From assembly GCA_964403155.1 (NCBI GenBank), contig CAYOEG010000001.1, positions 85,550-149,549 of the forward strand: 64,000 bases of DNA, read 5' to 3'. Of the stretch, positions 19,873 to 30,244 are shown in pieces. The notes beneath the pieces are model-generated. The model made no database searches. It was given only the letters and a program-made list of their open reading frames with translations, and was not told where the DNA came from. The stretch comes from an uncultured Candidatus Saccharibacteria bacterium. Its GTDB lineage: Bacteria; Patescibacteriota; Dojkabacteria; SC72. Position numbers and translations under genes: made by a program. Position 1 is the first letter of the stretch, and each line of letters begins with the position of its first letter.

Positions 19873-20574
19873 TTAAAGATCTAATTTCTTTCTTTTTGAA
19901 AGTTTGATGAGGAATTCCCCAGCTTCACGATATGCGAATCTCTTCCATTCGGTAGGACATTTCTCAAGGAAATTGATCCAGGCAGGGACATCTTCTAATG
20001 TCTCAATCCACATTTTTACAGCCTTGAGCTTCTTTGTAACCCTCACAACATCTGGAATTACCGAATCAAAGTTTTCGAAATCCATATCCAAGAGAAAAAC
20101 AATCTTCTCCCACAAAAGATCTCTTCCTTCAACCCGAAGCTCATACAGGTCCAATAACTCATGCATTATCAGTCCATGCTTTCGGGTCTTAAGAAGATAA
20201 AGACAACGATTATACGCTGATAGGCCGGCCTCCGTACCTTTGACTTCTTTTGCAACGAAACAGCAGAAGTTGAAATCACTTGAAGGGGGATTTTGCTCTA
20301 GCCAAAATGTTTCCTTAGTCCAATCGTACAACATTTTAAGAATGTAAGTACGACCTCCATCAGCCAGTTCCAATATTTTGGTACGAGCCTTTATCTTATT
20401 CTCCTCCGAGAGATTGTTCCAGATTCCGTAAACGAAATCTTGGATATATTCACGATTCAATTTATCTATAAGAAAACTATAGATTTTTTCTTTTTCTACT
20501 TCGTTTTTCTCCTTTCTTGCAAAATTCCAAAGCGTTGGGAATGACCAATTCTCGTAATCTCTTTTTTTGAACAT
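19873..20574 (-). CDS. Hypothetical protein
   Basis: 233-aa ORF with no recognised motif. Confidence 0.4.
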   Translation of the reverse strand: MFKKRDYENWSFPTLWNFARKEKNEVEKEKIYSFLIDKLNREYIQDFVYGIWNNLSEENKIKARTKILELADGGRTYILKMLYDWTKETFWLEQNPPSSDFNFCCFVAKEVKGTEAGLSAYNRCLYLLKTRKHGLIMHELLDLYELRVEGRDLLWEKIVFLLDMDFENFDSVIPDVVRVTKKLKAVKMWIETLEDVPAWINFLEKCPTEWKRFAYREAGEFLIKLSKRKKLDL

Positions 20575-20664
20575 AATTGTCCTCCTAAGACAATTTCCTG
20601 ATTTTTAACGATCTTTTAATTCACCCAGGTATATTATAGGCCCTTTTGTAGTATAATTCTATAT

Positions 20665-21237
20665 ATGTTCACTGATTTCAAAGATCCAATAAAAAATTTA
20701 AAAACGAATCCAATAGAAAGAATACTAGTTCGCAATGATGTGCCCTTCCTCTTCTACAATGAGCAATATCTGTTCTGGTCTCAATTCATAGACTTATACG
20801 AATTCAAAAGACACGGAATTGGTTTTATTGGGCAATATGCTCCTGAAGATCTTCCCTTGAAAGCACAGATTCAAATTGGGAAAACAAGTCGGCACGAAGA
20901 TATCTTGGGTTTTAGCCTAAAAGCGGCATATATATACTGTATAGAATTAGGTCTGACTCTCCCACCCGACTTCTCAGAAATTCTTCACTTAGATTCTATA
21001 AACGAAGATATCTTCCCATGGAAAGAGATTATGGTTGAACAACAAATAACATTCAGTCATGACGAAGGTATCTCATCAAGGTACGGGGTCTCAGCCAACA
21101 TATGCACCCCTTGTGATAGCCTGTCTGTCACGAAAGTAGATGACTGGCCAGTAGAAGTTGTTTCGCAAATAAAAGGCCAGAGAATTCTTAATCCAGAGAA
21201 ATATATTTCTAGACAAGCCCAAAATCATCTGATATAA
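20665..21237 (+). CDS. Hypothetical protein
   Basis: 190-aa ORF with no recognised motif. Confidence 0.4.
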   Translation: MFTDFKDPIKNLKTNPIERILVRNDVPFLFYNEQYLFWSQFIDLYEFKRHGIGFIGQYAPEDLPLKAQIQIGKTSRHEDILGFSLKAAYIYCIELGLTLPPDFSEILHLDSINEDIFPWKEIMVEQQITFSHDEGISSRYGVSANICTPCDSLSVTKVDDWPVEVVSQIKGQRILNPEKYISRQAQNHLI

Positions 21238-21248
21238 TCCTACTCGCA

Positions 21249-21587
21249 ATGAAAAAGAATATTCATCCAGAATACAACAATAAATTAGAAATAATATGCT
21301 CATGTGGTAACAAATTTGTTACCGGTTCTACGCTATCTGTAGACTCCATAAACGTTGATATATGTTCTAAATGTCACCCATTCTATACTGGTGAGCAAAA
21401 GATTGTAGATACAGACAACATTGTGAAGAAGTTTGAGGAGAAGATGGCAAAATCCAAAGGTATGTCTTACAGAACCAAAAAGGAAAAGATGCAAGCAAGA
21501 AAAGAGAAATTCTCCAAAACCTCCTCTACTCCAACAAGTACACTCACACTTAAAGATCTTCTTGAGAACGCAAAGGTCTCTAAGTAA
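21249..21587 (+). CDS. rpmE: 50S ribosomal protein L31 (zinc-binding type) with Lys-rich C-terminal extension
   Basis: MKKNIHPEYN...CSCGN...CSKCHPFYTGEQK is the canonical L31. An extra ~40-aa basic tail follows. Confidence 0.85.
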   Translation: MKKNIHPEYNNKLEIICSCGNKFVTGSTLSVDSINVDICSKCHPFYTGEQKIVDTDNIVKKFEEKMAKSKGMSYRTKKEKMQARKEKFSKTSSTPTSTLTLKDLLENAKVSK

Positions 21588-21627
21588 CAAATTTTCATTC
21601 TTAATCTAACATGATATATTTATCCAT

Positions 21628-22728
21628 ATGGATATTGCATTGTTAAAAGAAAAATACAGAACCAATGATGCTCAAACTCATGTAGATGAATTAGAATCTC
21701 AGATATCTACTGCACATACCACAGGCGCAAACATCTCCAAACTCAGTACAGATCTAAGCTACTACGCTCAGCTATCAAACCTCACCTCATCCATACAGAA
21801 ATCCATAAAAGATATTGAAGAGGCAAAAGAACTTTTAAAAACAGAAACAGATGCAGAGATTGTAGAAATGGCGAATGAAGAAATTGAACAGAAAGAGGAA
21901 AACATCAAGAATAAAGAAGAAGAGATTCTTGGTATAAAGATGGAAAGACAATTCCAAGATGAAGACGATGACAGAGCTGCTATTTTAGAAATACGTGCCG
22001 GAGCCGGAGGAGAAGAAGCCGCACTGTTTGCCGCAGATCTATTCAGAATGTACAAGAACTATGCCGCTAACAAAGGTTGGGAAGTTCAAATAGTGGATAG
22101 CAATGTAACAGAAGATGGTGGATACAAAGAGGTAATTGCACATATAGCAGGAAAAAATGTGTTTAAGAATTTAAAATATGAGAGCGGTGTACACAGAGTA
22201 CAAAGAATACCTACTACAGAATCATCTGGGAGAATTCATACCTCAACTGCATCCGTAGCAATATTACCAGAAGCACAAGATATTGATATTAGAATTAATC
22301 CCGAAGATATTAAAGTCGAAGTAATGAGGGCATCAGGGGCAGGAGGCCAGTGTGTTAACAGAACTGACTCTGCAGTAAGGATCACCCATCTTGCTACTGG
22401 CATTGTCGTAAGTTGCCAAGAGACCAAACATCAAGCTCAGAATAAAGAAAAAGCAATGGCACTCCTAAGATCTAGGCTGTATGACAGACAAAAGCAAGAA
22501 GAGATGGCAAAGCGATCAGATATGAGATCTTCACAGATTGGTTCCAATATGAGAGCAGAGAAAATCAGGACATACAATTTCCCACAGACAAGAATAACTG
22601 ACCACAGGGTTAAGAAATCTTGGTTCAATGTAGAAAACATAATGGCAGGAGAGATGCAGACAATGATCGACGATGTCCGAAAGGGAATCCAATTAGAGAT
22701 ATTAGCTAAGCAAGAGAAGAGTGAATAA
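21628..22728 (+). CDS. prfA: Peptide chain release factor 1
   Basis: GGQ motif (SGAGGQCVNRTDSAVRITH) and an RF1-type PxT tripeptide region (RIPTTESSGRIHTS). Confidence 0.95.
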   Translation: MDIALLKEKYRTNDAQTHVDELESQISTAHTTGANISKLSTDLSYYAQLSNLTSSIQKSIKDIEEAKELLKTETDAEIVEMANEEIEQKEENIKNKEEEILGIKMERQFQDEDDDRAAILEIRAGAGGEEAALFAADLFRMYKNYAANKGWEVQIVDSNVTEDGGYKEVIAHIAGKNVFKNLKYESGVHRVQRIPTTESSGRIHTSTASVAILPEAQDIDIRINPEDIKVEVMRASGAGGQCVNRTDSAVRITHLATGIVVSCQETKHQAQNKEKAMALLRSRLYDRQKQEEMAKRSDMRSSQIGSNMRAEKIRTYNFPQTRITDHRVKKSWFNVENIMAGEMQTMIDDVRKGIQLEILAKQEKSE

Positions 22729-23509
22729 AGAACTTAAGGATATATTCCATATTCAAGAAGTTTTAAAATCGAATGGTTATTATGACATCTCAAGAATTGC
22801 AAAAGAGATCTATGACTATTCCGCAGCGTCCTCCACCCCATTAGAATCAATATTGAAAAGAATCTCATGCAATGAGCCATGGGAATATATAAAGGGGGCG
22901 TGTGAATTTAGAGGAGAAATTTTCAAATTAAACACATCAACATTAATCCCAAGAATTGAAAGTGAGCAGATTATCGACATACTTAAGGATGAATTGAAAA
23001 ACACCCCTTCTCCATTTAATAGTGTAATTGACGTCGGCACAGGAAGCGGATGCCTGATAGTCTCAGCTGCAAAAGAGCTTGGTGACAAATATGAATACTA
23101 CGCTACAGACATATCACAGAAAGCACTTAATATCGCAGAAGAAAATGTTCGAAGAATATTACATGACAATGGGATCTGTTTTGTTAATACCAACCTTTTA
23201 GAAGATTTACAGTTGGATGTAAAGATGAACTATTTCATAATCTCTAATCTTCCATATATCCCTACTTCTCAATATCTCGAATTGGAAAGTAGCGTGAAAG
23301 ATTATGAACCGAAAACTGCTTTGGATGGTGGAGAAACTGGGACAAAATACTGTTTCGAGCTAATAGATCAAATAAAAAGGAAGAAACTATCCTCTACCCT
23401 ACTTCTAGAAGTTGAACCCTCAACAGTATCACAGTTTGAGAAACTCAATCCAACCATTATAGAAGATATATATGGTCGAAAGAGATTCCTACTATTCCGC
23501 TTCAGCTAG
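22721..23509 (+). CDS. prmC: Release factor glutamine N5-methyltransferase PrmC/HemK
   Basis: SAM-binding VIDVGTGSGCL. NPPY-type motif SNLPYIP. Overlaps prfA by 8 nt. Confidence 0.85.
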   Translation: MNKELKDIFHIQEVLKSNGYYDISRIAKEIYDYSAASSTPLESILKRISCNEPWEYIKGACEFRGEIFKLNTSTLIPRIESEQIIDILKDELKNTPSPFNSVIDVGTGSGCLIVSAAKELGDKYEYYATDISQKALNIAEENVRRILHDNGICFVNTNLLEDLQLDVKMNYFIISNLPYIPTSQYLELESSVKDYEPKTALDGGETGTKYCFELIDQIKRKKLSSTLLLEVEPSTVSQFEKLNPTIIEDIYGRKRFLLFRFS

Positions 23510-24640
23510 TGTAACACTTACAGTCTTTGTATCTCCAGATCGATAGTATTCAACATCAACCTTGTCTCCTACCTTATGCTTCTGTATCAATGTTAATAGT
23601 GAGGTATCAACATCATCTTCTCCGAACTTGGTTATAATATCGCCTTTTCTGATACCTGCAGCATATGCAGGACCTCCTGCATCAATACTTTGCACAAAAG
23701 CTCCTGCTACAATATTTGTATAATAGTAAGCTTGAAGCTCTGAAATCATCTGATAAGTAACACCTAAATAAGGCTGTATGAACTTACCATAGGTTCTGTA
23801 TTCCTCAATTTTTTCTTTAACAACATTAATTGGCAATGCAAAGGATATATTATCTGCATCTGAAGTAGTTGCAAAGTTTATCCCTATCACCTCTCCTAGG
23901 CTATTTAATAATGGCCCTCCAGAATTTCCTGGATTAACTGCAGCATCTGTCTGAATCACTCCCTCATATGTCTTAGATGTTCCTCCGTACCAAGAGCTAC
24001 TTGTAGAAACAGTCCTATCCAACCCACTTATGATTCCTTTTGTCACACTTCCAGAGTACTGGCCAAGAGGAGTACCAATTGCAACAACATCTTGACCTAC
24101 TGCTAATTTGTCCGAATCACCCAATGTTAGAACTGTTAAGTCTTTAGCTTCAATTTTTAATATCGCGATATCATTAGCATCATCTCTAGCAATCTCTGTT
24201 ATATCATACTGATCCCCACTACTTGTGACTACTTTGTAGTCCTCTGTTGCAGAGGAAACAACATGTTGGTTTGTGATAATCCAGCCAGAGGCATCTACTA
24301 CAAATCCCGTACCAATGTTACTATCACTCGTAACTATACCCTGATCTTTAGAAAGTGATAGCTGAGAGACTGCTATGCTAACAACCCCCTTCTGGACATC
24401 CTTTACCATCTCTATGGTGTTAGTCTCTTCCTCAGAGACTACAAGTGATGTATTGGTGTCATCTGTCGTATCAGCTGTTATCCCAAGCCAGCTATTAATA
24501 ACAGAGACATTCATAATAGTGATATAGGTCATCGTCATAGAAACGAGTATGATCCCCAATATTGTTCCAAATATGAAAAGGAACTTTAATGGGAATCTTT
24601 TTTTTGTTTTAATTGCTTCTGGCTTTTTTGTATCTTCCAT
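23492..24640 (-). CDS. htrA: HtrA/DegP-family trypsin-like serine protease with C-terminal PDZ domain, N-terminally membrane-anchored
   Basis: Catalytic triad contexts TNQHVV, DIAILKI and GNSGGPLLN, plus a C-terminal PDZ. Confidence 0.9.
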   Translation of the reverse strand: MEDTKKPEAIKTKKRFPLKFLFIFGTILGIILVSMTMTYITIMNVSVINSWLGITADTTDDTNTSLVVSEEETNTIEMVKDVQKGVVSIAVSQLSLSKDQGIVTSDSNIGTGFVVDASGWIITNQHVVSSATEDYKVVTSSGDQYDITEIARDDANDIAILKIEAKDLTVLTLGDSDKLAVGQDVVAIGTPLGQYSGSVTKGIISGLDRTVSTSSSWYGGTSKTYEGVIQTDAAVNPGNSGGPLLNSLGEVIGINFATTSDADNISFALPINVVKEKIEEYRTYGKFIQPYLGVTYQMISELQAYYYTNIVAGAFVQSIDAGGPAYAAGIRKGDIITKFGEDDVDTSLLTLIQKHKVGDKVDVEYYRSGDTKTVSVTLAEAE

Positions 24641-24657
24641 TATTTTTAAATAAAAAA

Positions 24658-25878
24658 TTAATTATTCAAAATCTCAATTGCCTTATTCATCTGAGTATCA
24701 TTCCCCGCTTGGAAATCTTCACTTGAATAAACAACTTCTACATCTGGGGTTATTGGATTATCCTTGTTCAACCATCCTCCATCAGGAAGCAACCATTTCA
24801 ATATTGTGACATGTAATGTAGATCCATCTGAGAGATCTAAGACTGTTTGAGCAGTCCCTTTTCCATAGGTTTGTTCACCTACAATAGTAGCTCTACCCGC
24901 TTGCTTGAGTGCACCAGAAAGTATCTCTGATGCGGAAGCACTTCCACTATCCACAAGTACTACTAATTCAATATCTGTTAATTTCCCACCCTTTGTCGAG
25001 TTGTAATCTTGAATTTTACCTTCGCTATCCTGTTCCTTCGCAACAACTTTACCAGCATCAAGGAAATCATCTGCCGCATATATAGCAGCATTAAAGAATC
25101 CACCTGGGTTTCCTCTTAGATCAAGTACCATCTTCTTAACTCCTGATTCAACAATACTATTAACCGCATCATCCCAATTCTCCGTCCATTCATTGTATGT
25201 TGCATCTGTAAATCTGTTAACTTTCAAAACTGCTATTTCGCCATTACTCCCTTTGTATGACAAATCCATGCTTGGAACAGTTATCTCACTACGAATAATC
25301 TCAATCTCGACAGCTTGAGCAGCTCCCTTGTGCAATATAGTCAGAGTAACCTTGGTACCAGATTCTCCACGAATCTTTGCGACAACATCATATACCGTCT
25401 CATCAGCTTTTATCTCTTCCCCATCGATAGCCAAGATTGTATCCCCTGCACGAATACCCGCAGCTTTTGCAGGAGATCCCTCTAATGGCGATACTACAAC
25501 TATCTGTTTGTTACTATCATATCCTAACTCAGCACCAATACCTTGAAAGAGTTTCCCCTCGCTTGCCTCATTGAAGGCCTGTGTCTCTTCAGGATCTAGG
25601 AAAACAGTAGCCGCATCGCCAAAAGAATTGACCATCCCTTTAATAGATCCATACAACATATTCTGTTCATCAATCTTTGAAGAATCTACGTACTTACTCT
25701 CCATCAGATCCCAAACATCCCAGAAAAGATCAAAACTTACATCCGATTTTCCAGAGATTAGGCTATCTATAGATCCCTTGTTTGATTGGAATACTCTTCC
25801 AGAGACAAACCCAATTGCAAACAGACATACCGCCAAGATTACAATCCCAAGATTTCTTGTGCTTTTCTTTTTCTCCAT
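24658..25878 (-). CDS. ctpA: S41 family C-terminal processing peptidase (CtpA/Prc-like)
   Basis: PDZ segment GIRAGDTILAIDGEEI. S41 motifs LDLRGNPGG and VVLVDSGSASASEILSGALK. Confidence 0.85.
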   Translation of the reverse strand: MEKKKSTRNLGIVILAVCLFAIGFVSGRVFQSNKGSIDSLISGKSDVSFDLFWDVWDLMESKYVDSSKIDEQNMLYGSIKGMVNSFGDAATVFLDPEETQAFNEASEGKLFQGIGAELGYDSNKQIVVVSPLEGSPAKAAGIRAGDTILAIDGEEIKADETVYDVVAKIRGESGTKVTLTILHKGAAQAVEIEIIRSEITVPSMDLSYKGSNGEIAVLKVNRFTDATYNEWTENWDDAVNSIVESGVKKMVLDLRGNPGGFFNAAIYAADDFLDAGKVVAKEQDSEGKIQDYNSTKGGKLTDIELVVLVDSGSASASEILSGALKQAGRATIVGEQTYGKGTAQTVLDLSDGSTLHVTILKWLLPDGGWLNKDNPITPDVEVVYSSEDFQAGNDTQMNKAIEILNN

Positions 25879-25895
25879 TAGTAGTTCTTTTTAAA

Positions 25896-26909
25896 TTAAT
25901 ATGATATGAATTCCATGCTTCCAACACTTACAATCCCTCTTCCACCGTTCTCCCACTCTATTGTGGCATAACCATTACCTTCCACACCAACTATCTCACC
26001 ACTCATTCCATAGCTTCCTGATGCTCGAGATACTATTTTACTACCTATTAAATTTTTTACAAAGACAGATTCTTTCTCCCTCTCTTTTCTTGTATCTTTA
26101 AGGAAGAATACTTGGCTTTCTTGGAAATCAACTACTGTGTAACAACCTTCCAAGTCTGCGAGTGTTTTCAGAAGTTTTTCTCCAGAGTATATCTCACCAA
26201 ATCCTCCTACAATACCAATGGGGAGTCCTTGATTTCTATAATCTTGATAGTCCATGGAGTATGTAAGTACGAATTTTGCGCCTTTTTCAAAAAGATCTTT
26301 TAACAATCCCTGATGCAGATGCTTTCCAACAAACACAATCTTGTCCTGATAGCTATTATCATCCCCTTTTAATTTTACATCTTTACCCGTATTGATTGTT
26401 TTAAATTCCCCTGTTAAAGTAATATTTTGTGTATTGGAGATACTAATTAAATCTAAAGCCAATGCAGAAGTTTTGAATGTAATACCATCCAAAGGATTAA
26501 CATCCACAATCTCCGCTTCAAATGTACTCTTGTAAAGTGATTCTTGTTCTTCTCCCAATATATCTATATATCCGTGCCTGATTCTGGCTAAATCTACAAT
26601 CCCGCTCGATGGAGAGATTAATTTTTTAACTGTTAATCCTCCTGAGGCTATTTTTTCGGCTAATACATCACCATCATTGATAAATTCTCCATCTATACAG
26701 GTTATACAATCTGGTATGTTTGATATGTTGCAATTCAACTGCTCTGGGAGATAAAAGGAGTGTCTTACATAATTTCCTTTCCTGAAGAACATCTCTGTCC
26801 CGACTTCTACCTTCTCTCCTGCCCTTACCAAAACCTTGTCTCTGCTACTTACAGGTATCTTAAATGTATATTCATCATATTTTTCTAGTAATCTGTGCTT
26901 TAGTATCAT
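25896..26909 (-). CDS. Hypothetical protein
   Basis: 337-aa ORF co-oriented with ctpA/htrA. No recognised domain. Confidence 0.4.
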   Translation of the reverse strand: MILKHRLLEKYDEYTFKIPVSSRDKVLVRAGEKVEVGTEMFFRKGNYVRHSFYLPEQLNCNISNIPDCITCIDGEFINDGDVLAEKIASGGLTVKKLISPSSGIVDLARIRHGYIDILGEEQESLYKSTFEAEIVDVNPLDGITFKTSALALDLISISNTQNITLTGEFKTINTGKDVKLKGDDNSYQDKIVFVGKHLHQGLLKDLFEKGAKFVLTYSMDYQDYRNQGLPIGIVGGFGEIYSGEKLLKTLADLEGCYTVVDFQESQVFFLKDTRKEREKESVFVKNLIGSKIVSRASGSYGMSGEIVGVEGNGYATIEWENGGRGIVSVGSMEFISY

Positions 26910-28249
26910 TTAAACCATTGTTGTAATTTTAATCTGTTTTGATATACATCAGGGCCATAAACCACAGGTTTAGGTCTCCCGTCAATTAGTAAGCTATCAT
27001 ATCGCAATTTCCCTGGTACAGAGAGGAAACTAATTTCATCTTTTTTCTCAATTCCACGTATGAATGCACCATTCTTAAATTCTCCTTCCGTAACCAGATT
27101 ATCTCTGTGCAATGGTAATTTCTTGAATGTGAATTCTGGGTAAAGTGCGAAAATGTCTTGTTTTTCCCCTTCTAAAGAATCTGTATACCCATTAAATATG
27201 ATCTTACTTTTTTGTCCTCTAATCTTCATATCAGGAATATATACCTTAGTAGCTATTGCAACTATCTCCTTCCTAGTAAGAACCAAATCTGTAGAGTTAG
27301 GACCTAATATATAGCTTTTACCGAAAGAAAGGATTCTTTCCTCTTGATCACAATATGCATCAAATGTTCCTGATATCTCCAAACCGTCAATGAGCGTTAA
27401 GAGTGTTTTTTCTCTTCCTAGGACCAAGGGTATATATCCTGTAAGTACAATACCTGTGTTGCCAGAGATTCCCAATGATTGCAATTTCTCCATATTGTCT
27501 TGGTACATCGAATGTAATTGCGCTGTCGTATATGCTCTTAAAATATCCATTAGATTAGGATCCTCAGAGAAGGTTATTCTATTCAATACAAAGTTACTCC
27601 AATGATTTAGCATATCTTTGGAGGTCATGTCTGTAGCTAGAAATGCCCTGAATCTACCATCTTTTATGGCATCTATAACTCCATATTCGTTATTCCAATA
27701 TATTTTCGCTTTTTCAGTTTCTCTTTTCTGTGTGTTAGGATCTTTGTAAGATCGATATATTCTAAAGTCTTGTAGATCTAAATTGGCATATACAAAATCA
27801 TCATATCCTAGTTTTTCTGCCATCCCTTCTACAAGATTCCTCATGTAAATATCATCTGCTACTCGTAATGCGATATTTATCGAGAAGGCTCTAAGCGAAG
27901 CGAATATTTTATTAAAATATTTTTGATTCTCATCCATTACTACTCTGATACCAGAGATACCATCTCCTTCTTCTGCGAATTTTCTGAATGAGAACATTCC
28001 CAGTATATTTCTATCTACAATATTCCAATTGAATATTTTTTCTAGGTTATCGAAATATTCACACCAGAAATTTTTAGTAAAGAATTCATCATCTAATCTT
28101 TGCTTGAGTGGGTTTAAATCTGTGTAATCAGAGAGTATGTACTCCCTATTCGCATTGTGATCGGTATATCCTAGGTGTGCCCAGATATTGTTATCTGAGA
28201 TTACTAGGCTTAGGTATGAGTTTTTTTCTAATATTGGCAGTATGGACAT
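26906..28249 (-). CDS. Hypothetical protein
   Basis: 447-aa ORF, probably translationally coupled to the next gene by a 4-nt overlap. Confidence 0.4.
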   Translation of the reverse strand: MSILPILEKNSYLSLVISDNNIWAHLGYTDHNANREYILSDYTDLNPLKQRLDDEFFTKNFWCEYFDNLEKIFNWNIVDRNILGMFSFRKFAEEGDGISGIRVVMDENQKYFNKIFASLRAFSINIALRVADDIYMRNLVEGMAEKLGYDDFVYANLDLQDFRIYRSYKDPNTQKRETEKAKIYWNNEYGVIDAIKDGRFRAFLATDMTSKDMLNHWSNFVLNRITFSEDPNLMDILRAYTTAQLHSMYQDNMEKLQSLGISGNTGIVLTGYIPLVLGREKTLLTLIDGLEISGTFDAYCDQEERILSFGKSYILGPNSTDLVLTRKEIVAIATKVYIPDMKIRGQKSKIIFNGYTDSLEGEKQDIFALYPEFTFKKLPLHRDNLVTEGEFKNGAFIRGIEKKDEISFLSVPGKLRYDSLLIDGRPKPVVYGPDVYQNRLKLQQWFK

Positions 28250-28280
28250 TCTTTAAATATATTACTTTAAAGAGATAATT

Positions 28281-28340
28281 GTTGCAATGAATTCTCTGGG
28301 GCAGACCTAGGTCTGCCCCTTGTCGGTTACAAAAAAAAGA
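28281..28340 (-). terminator. Copy 3 of the palindrome (GGGGCAGACCTAGGTCTGCCCC, 22 bp) followed by a second hairpin GAGGACC-TTTC-GGTCCCC with an A/T tract; tandem terminators of the rpsF-ssb-rpsR operon
   Basis: Lies directly 3' of the rpsR stop codon (28382) on the minus strand. Confidence 0.6.
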
Positions 28341-28381
28341 GGACCTTTCGGTCCCCTTCTCAATTCAAAAACATATTCTAA

Positions 28382-28699
28382 TTATTCATTAGAAGAATAT
28401 GGAAGTAATGCCATATATCTAGCTCTCTTAATAGCCCTCTTTAACATCTTCTGATGCTTGTGACATGCACCAGACTTCTCAACAGATATAATCTTACCTC
28501 TAACAGAAGTAAACTTCTTTAATTGATATACATCCTTGTATGTAACAGTCTTAACACCTGATTCACATAGAGGACATTTGAGATTCTGTATAATCTTTCT
28601 CCTTCTTCTTACATTCTTTTTACCATGAGACTCAAAACCCTCATCTGCTGAAGATTCTGTTTTCACCTCTTCAATATTTTCTCTTACTTCTTCTGACAT
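28382..28699 (-). CDS. rpsR: 30S ribosomal protein S18 with N-terminal extension
   Basis: FTSVRGKIISVEKSGACHKHQKMLKRAIKRARYMALLPY is the S18 core. Confidence 0.85.
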   Translation of the reverse strand: MSEEVRENIEEVKTESSADEGFESHGKKNVRRRRKIIQNLKCPLCESGVKTVTYKDVYQLKKFTSVRGKIISVEKSGACHKHQKMLKRAIKRARYMALLPYSSNE

Positions 28700-28718
28700 T
28701 ACTTAAATATATATCAAA

Positions 28719-29204
28719 TTAAAATGGCAAATCTTCCTCTAAAGGATCTTGATCAACTGGAGCTTCTTCCTCTACAGGTGCAGATTCCTCATCCTTAGGA
28801 GCTTCAGATTTCTTGGCAGACTTCTCTGCAGGTGCAGATTCCTCATCAACACCAGCACCCTGCTTACCCTTGCTATCTAAAAGAATCATATCCTCTACTC
28901 TAACCTCAGTCTTGTATCTAGTAGAACCATCCTCTGCTTCCCATGATCTGGTATTTAAAGAACCCTCTACATAGATTTTCATTCCTTTTGCTAACAATTG
29001 CTGACATATCTCAGCCATCTTGTTCCATGCTACGATATTGTGGAATTCTGCTAATTCCTTAGCTTCTCCATTTGTATCCTTCCATGATTTGTTTGTAGCC
29101 ATTCCAAATGTAACTACTGGAGTCCCAGAATTTGTATATCTCATCTCTGGATCTCTTGTAAGGTTTCCAATCAACATTACCTTGTTTAGTGATCTTGCTG
29201 CCAT
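28719..29204 (-). CDS. ssb: Single-stranded DNA-binding protein
   Basis: OB-fold N-terminus MAARSLNKVMLIGNLTRDPEMRYT and an acidic tail ending DLPF. Confidence 0.95.
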   Translation of the reverse strand: MAARSLNKVMLIGNLTRDPEMRYTNSGTPVVTFGMATNKSWKDTNGEAKELAEFHNIVAWNKMAEICQQLLAKGMKIYVEGSLNTRSWEAEDGSTRYKTEVRVEDMILLDSKGKQGAGVDEESAPAEKSAKKSEAPKDEESAPVEEEAPVDQDPLEEDLPF

Positions 29205-29262
29205 TTGTTTAAAAATATAAATTTAACTTCCCTAAATATACACAACAATTATTAAATATCTA

Positions 29263-29619
29263 TTAAATCTCAATCTCTTTTTTCTTAATTCTCTTTCCAA
29301 TCTCTTCTACATCGTCCACTTCTACAACTATATATCTTAATACCTCTTGCTTTAATTCCATCTGTCTTCTGATTTCAGAAATTTTAGATGGTTCTACAGT
29401 AAAGGTATATATGATGTAATATCCTTCGTTATGTCCATTGATTTTGTATGCTAAATATCTCTTTCCCCATACATCAACATCTAATACTTCTCCACCCATT
29501 CCTTTTACCAAATCAACGAAATCTTTATGCATAGACTTTCTGACATCATCTGGTAATAGTGGCTTTAATGCGATAGCCATTTCATAGTTATTTAGCTTTT
29601 TTACTTCTTCTACTGACAT
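29263..29619 (-). CDS. rpsF: 30S ribosomal protein S6
   Basis: YEMAIALKP...GKRYLAYKI...GYYIIYTF matches S6. It is the first gene of the rpsF-ssb-rpsR operon. Confidence 0.9.
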   Translation of the reverse strand: MSVEEVKKLNNYEMAIALKPLLPDDVRKSMHKDFVDLVKGMGGEVLDVDVWGKRYLAYKINGHNEGYYIIYTFTVEPSKISEIRRQMELKQEVLRYIVVEVDDVEEIGKRIKKKEIEI

Positions 29620-29765
29620 TTAACAAATATATATACAAATTATGTTTGTGACAGGAAAGGATTTTAGCAGATATTATGAGGTAATACAACTAGGTATTAC
29701 AGGAAAGCAGGAGGAATTCACTAAATGAAATAGAGATGAACTCCTCCACCTGTTTGTCTTTTTGT

Positions 29766-30134
29766 TCAATGAATCATCCTTACCTCCTCTCCCTCAATCC
29801 TGTATCTCGCCATTGGCGGGAAATCAATATACAACTCCCCGTCAAGAATTTGTGCGATTGTGTCTCCTGGGTATACTCCTATGAGGTTGAATCCTCTAAC
29901 GGAGAAAAGGTTTCCCTCTTTCACTATGAGATATCTCTCTCCGTCTAATTCCGCAGCAGATAGGGTATACCCTACAACTTTTACTTCGAAAGTTATCCGA
30001 AATAACGAGAGAATCTCAACTTCTCCCTTTGAGTTGAGAGACATCTTCTCCTTACCTGGAAGGGAAACATTCCATTTCCCCATTCCCTCGGATTCGATAG
30101 TAAGAATTCCATACTTCTTTGCTTTTTTGTCCAT
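29766..30134 (-). CDS. Hypothetical protein
   Basis: 122-aa ORF. Confidence 0.4.
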   Translation of the reverse strand: MDKKAKKYGILTIESEGMGKWNVSLPGKEKMSLNSKGEVEILSLFRITFEVKVVGYTLSAAELDGERYLIVKEGNLFSVRGFNLIGVYPGDTIAQILDGELYIDFPPMARYRIEGEEVRMIH

Positions 30135-30244
30135 TTTTTCTCCTTTTTAGAGAGCTGATATAGAACATAAGTTCCAACAAAAAGACCATATATTCTATAG
30201 GATATCGCGTTTATTGTAAATGCCTACTAATACAACATTTGTTT

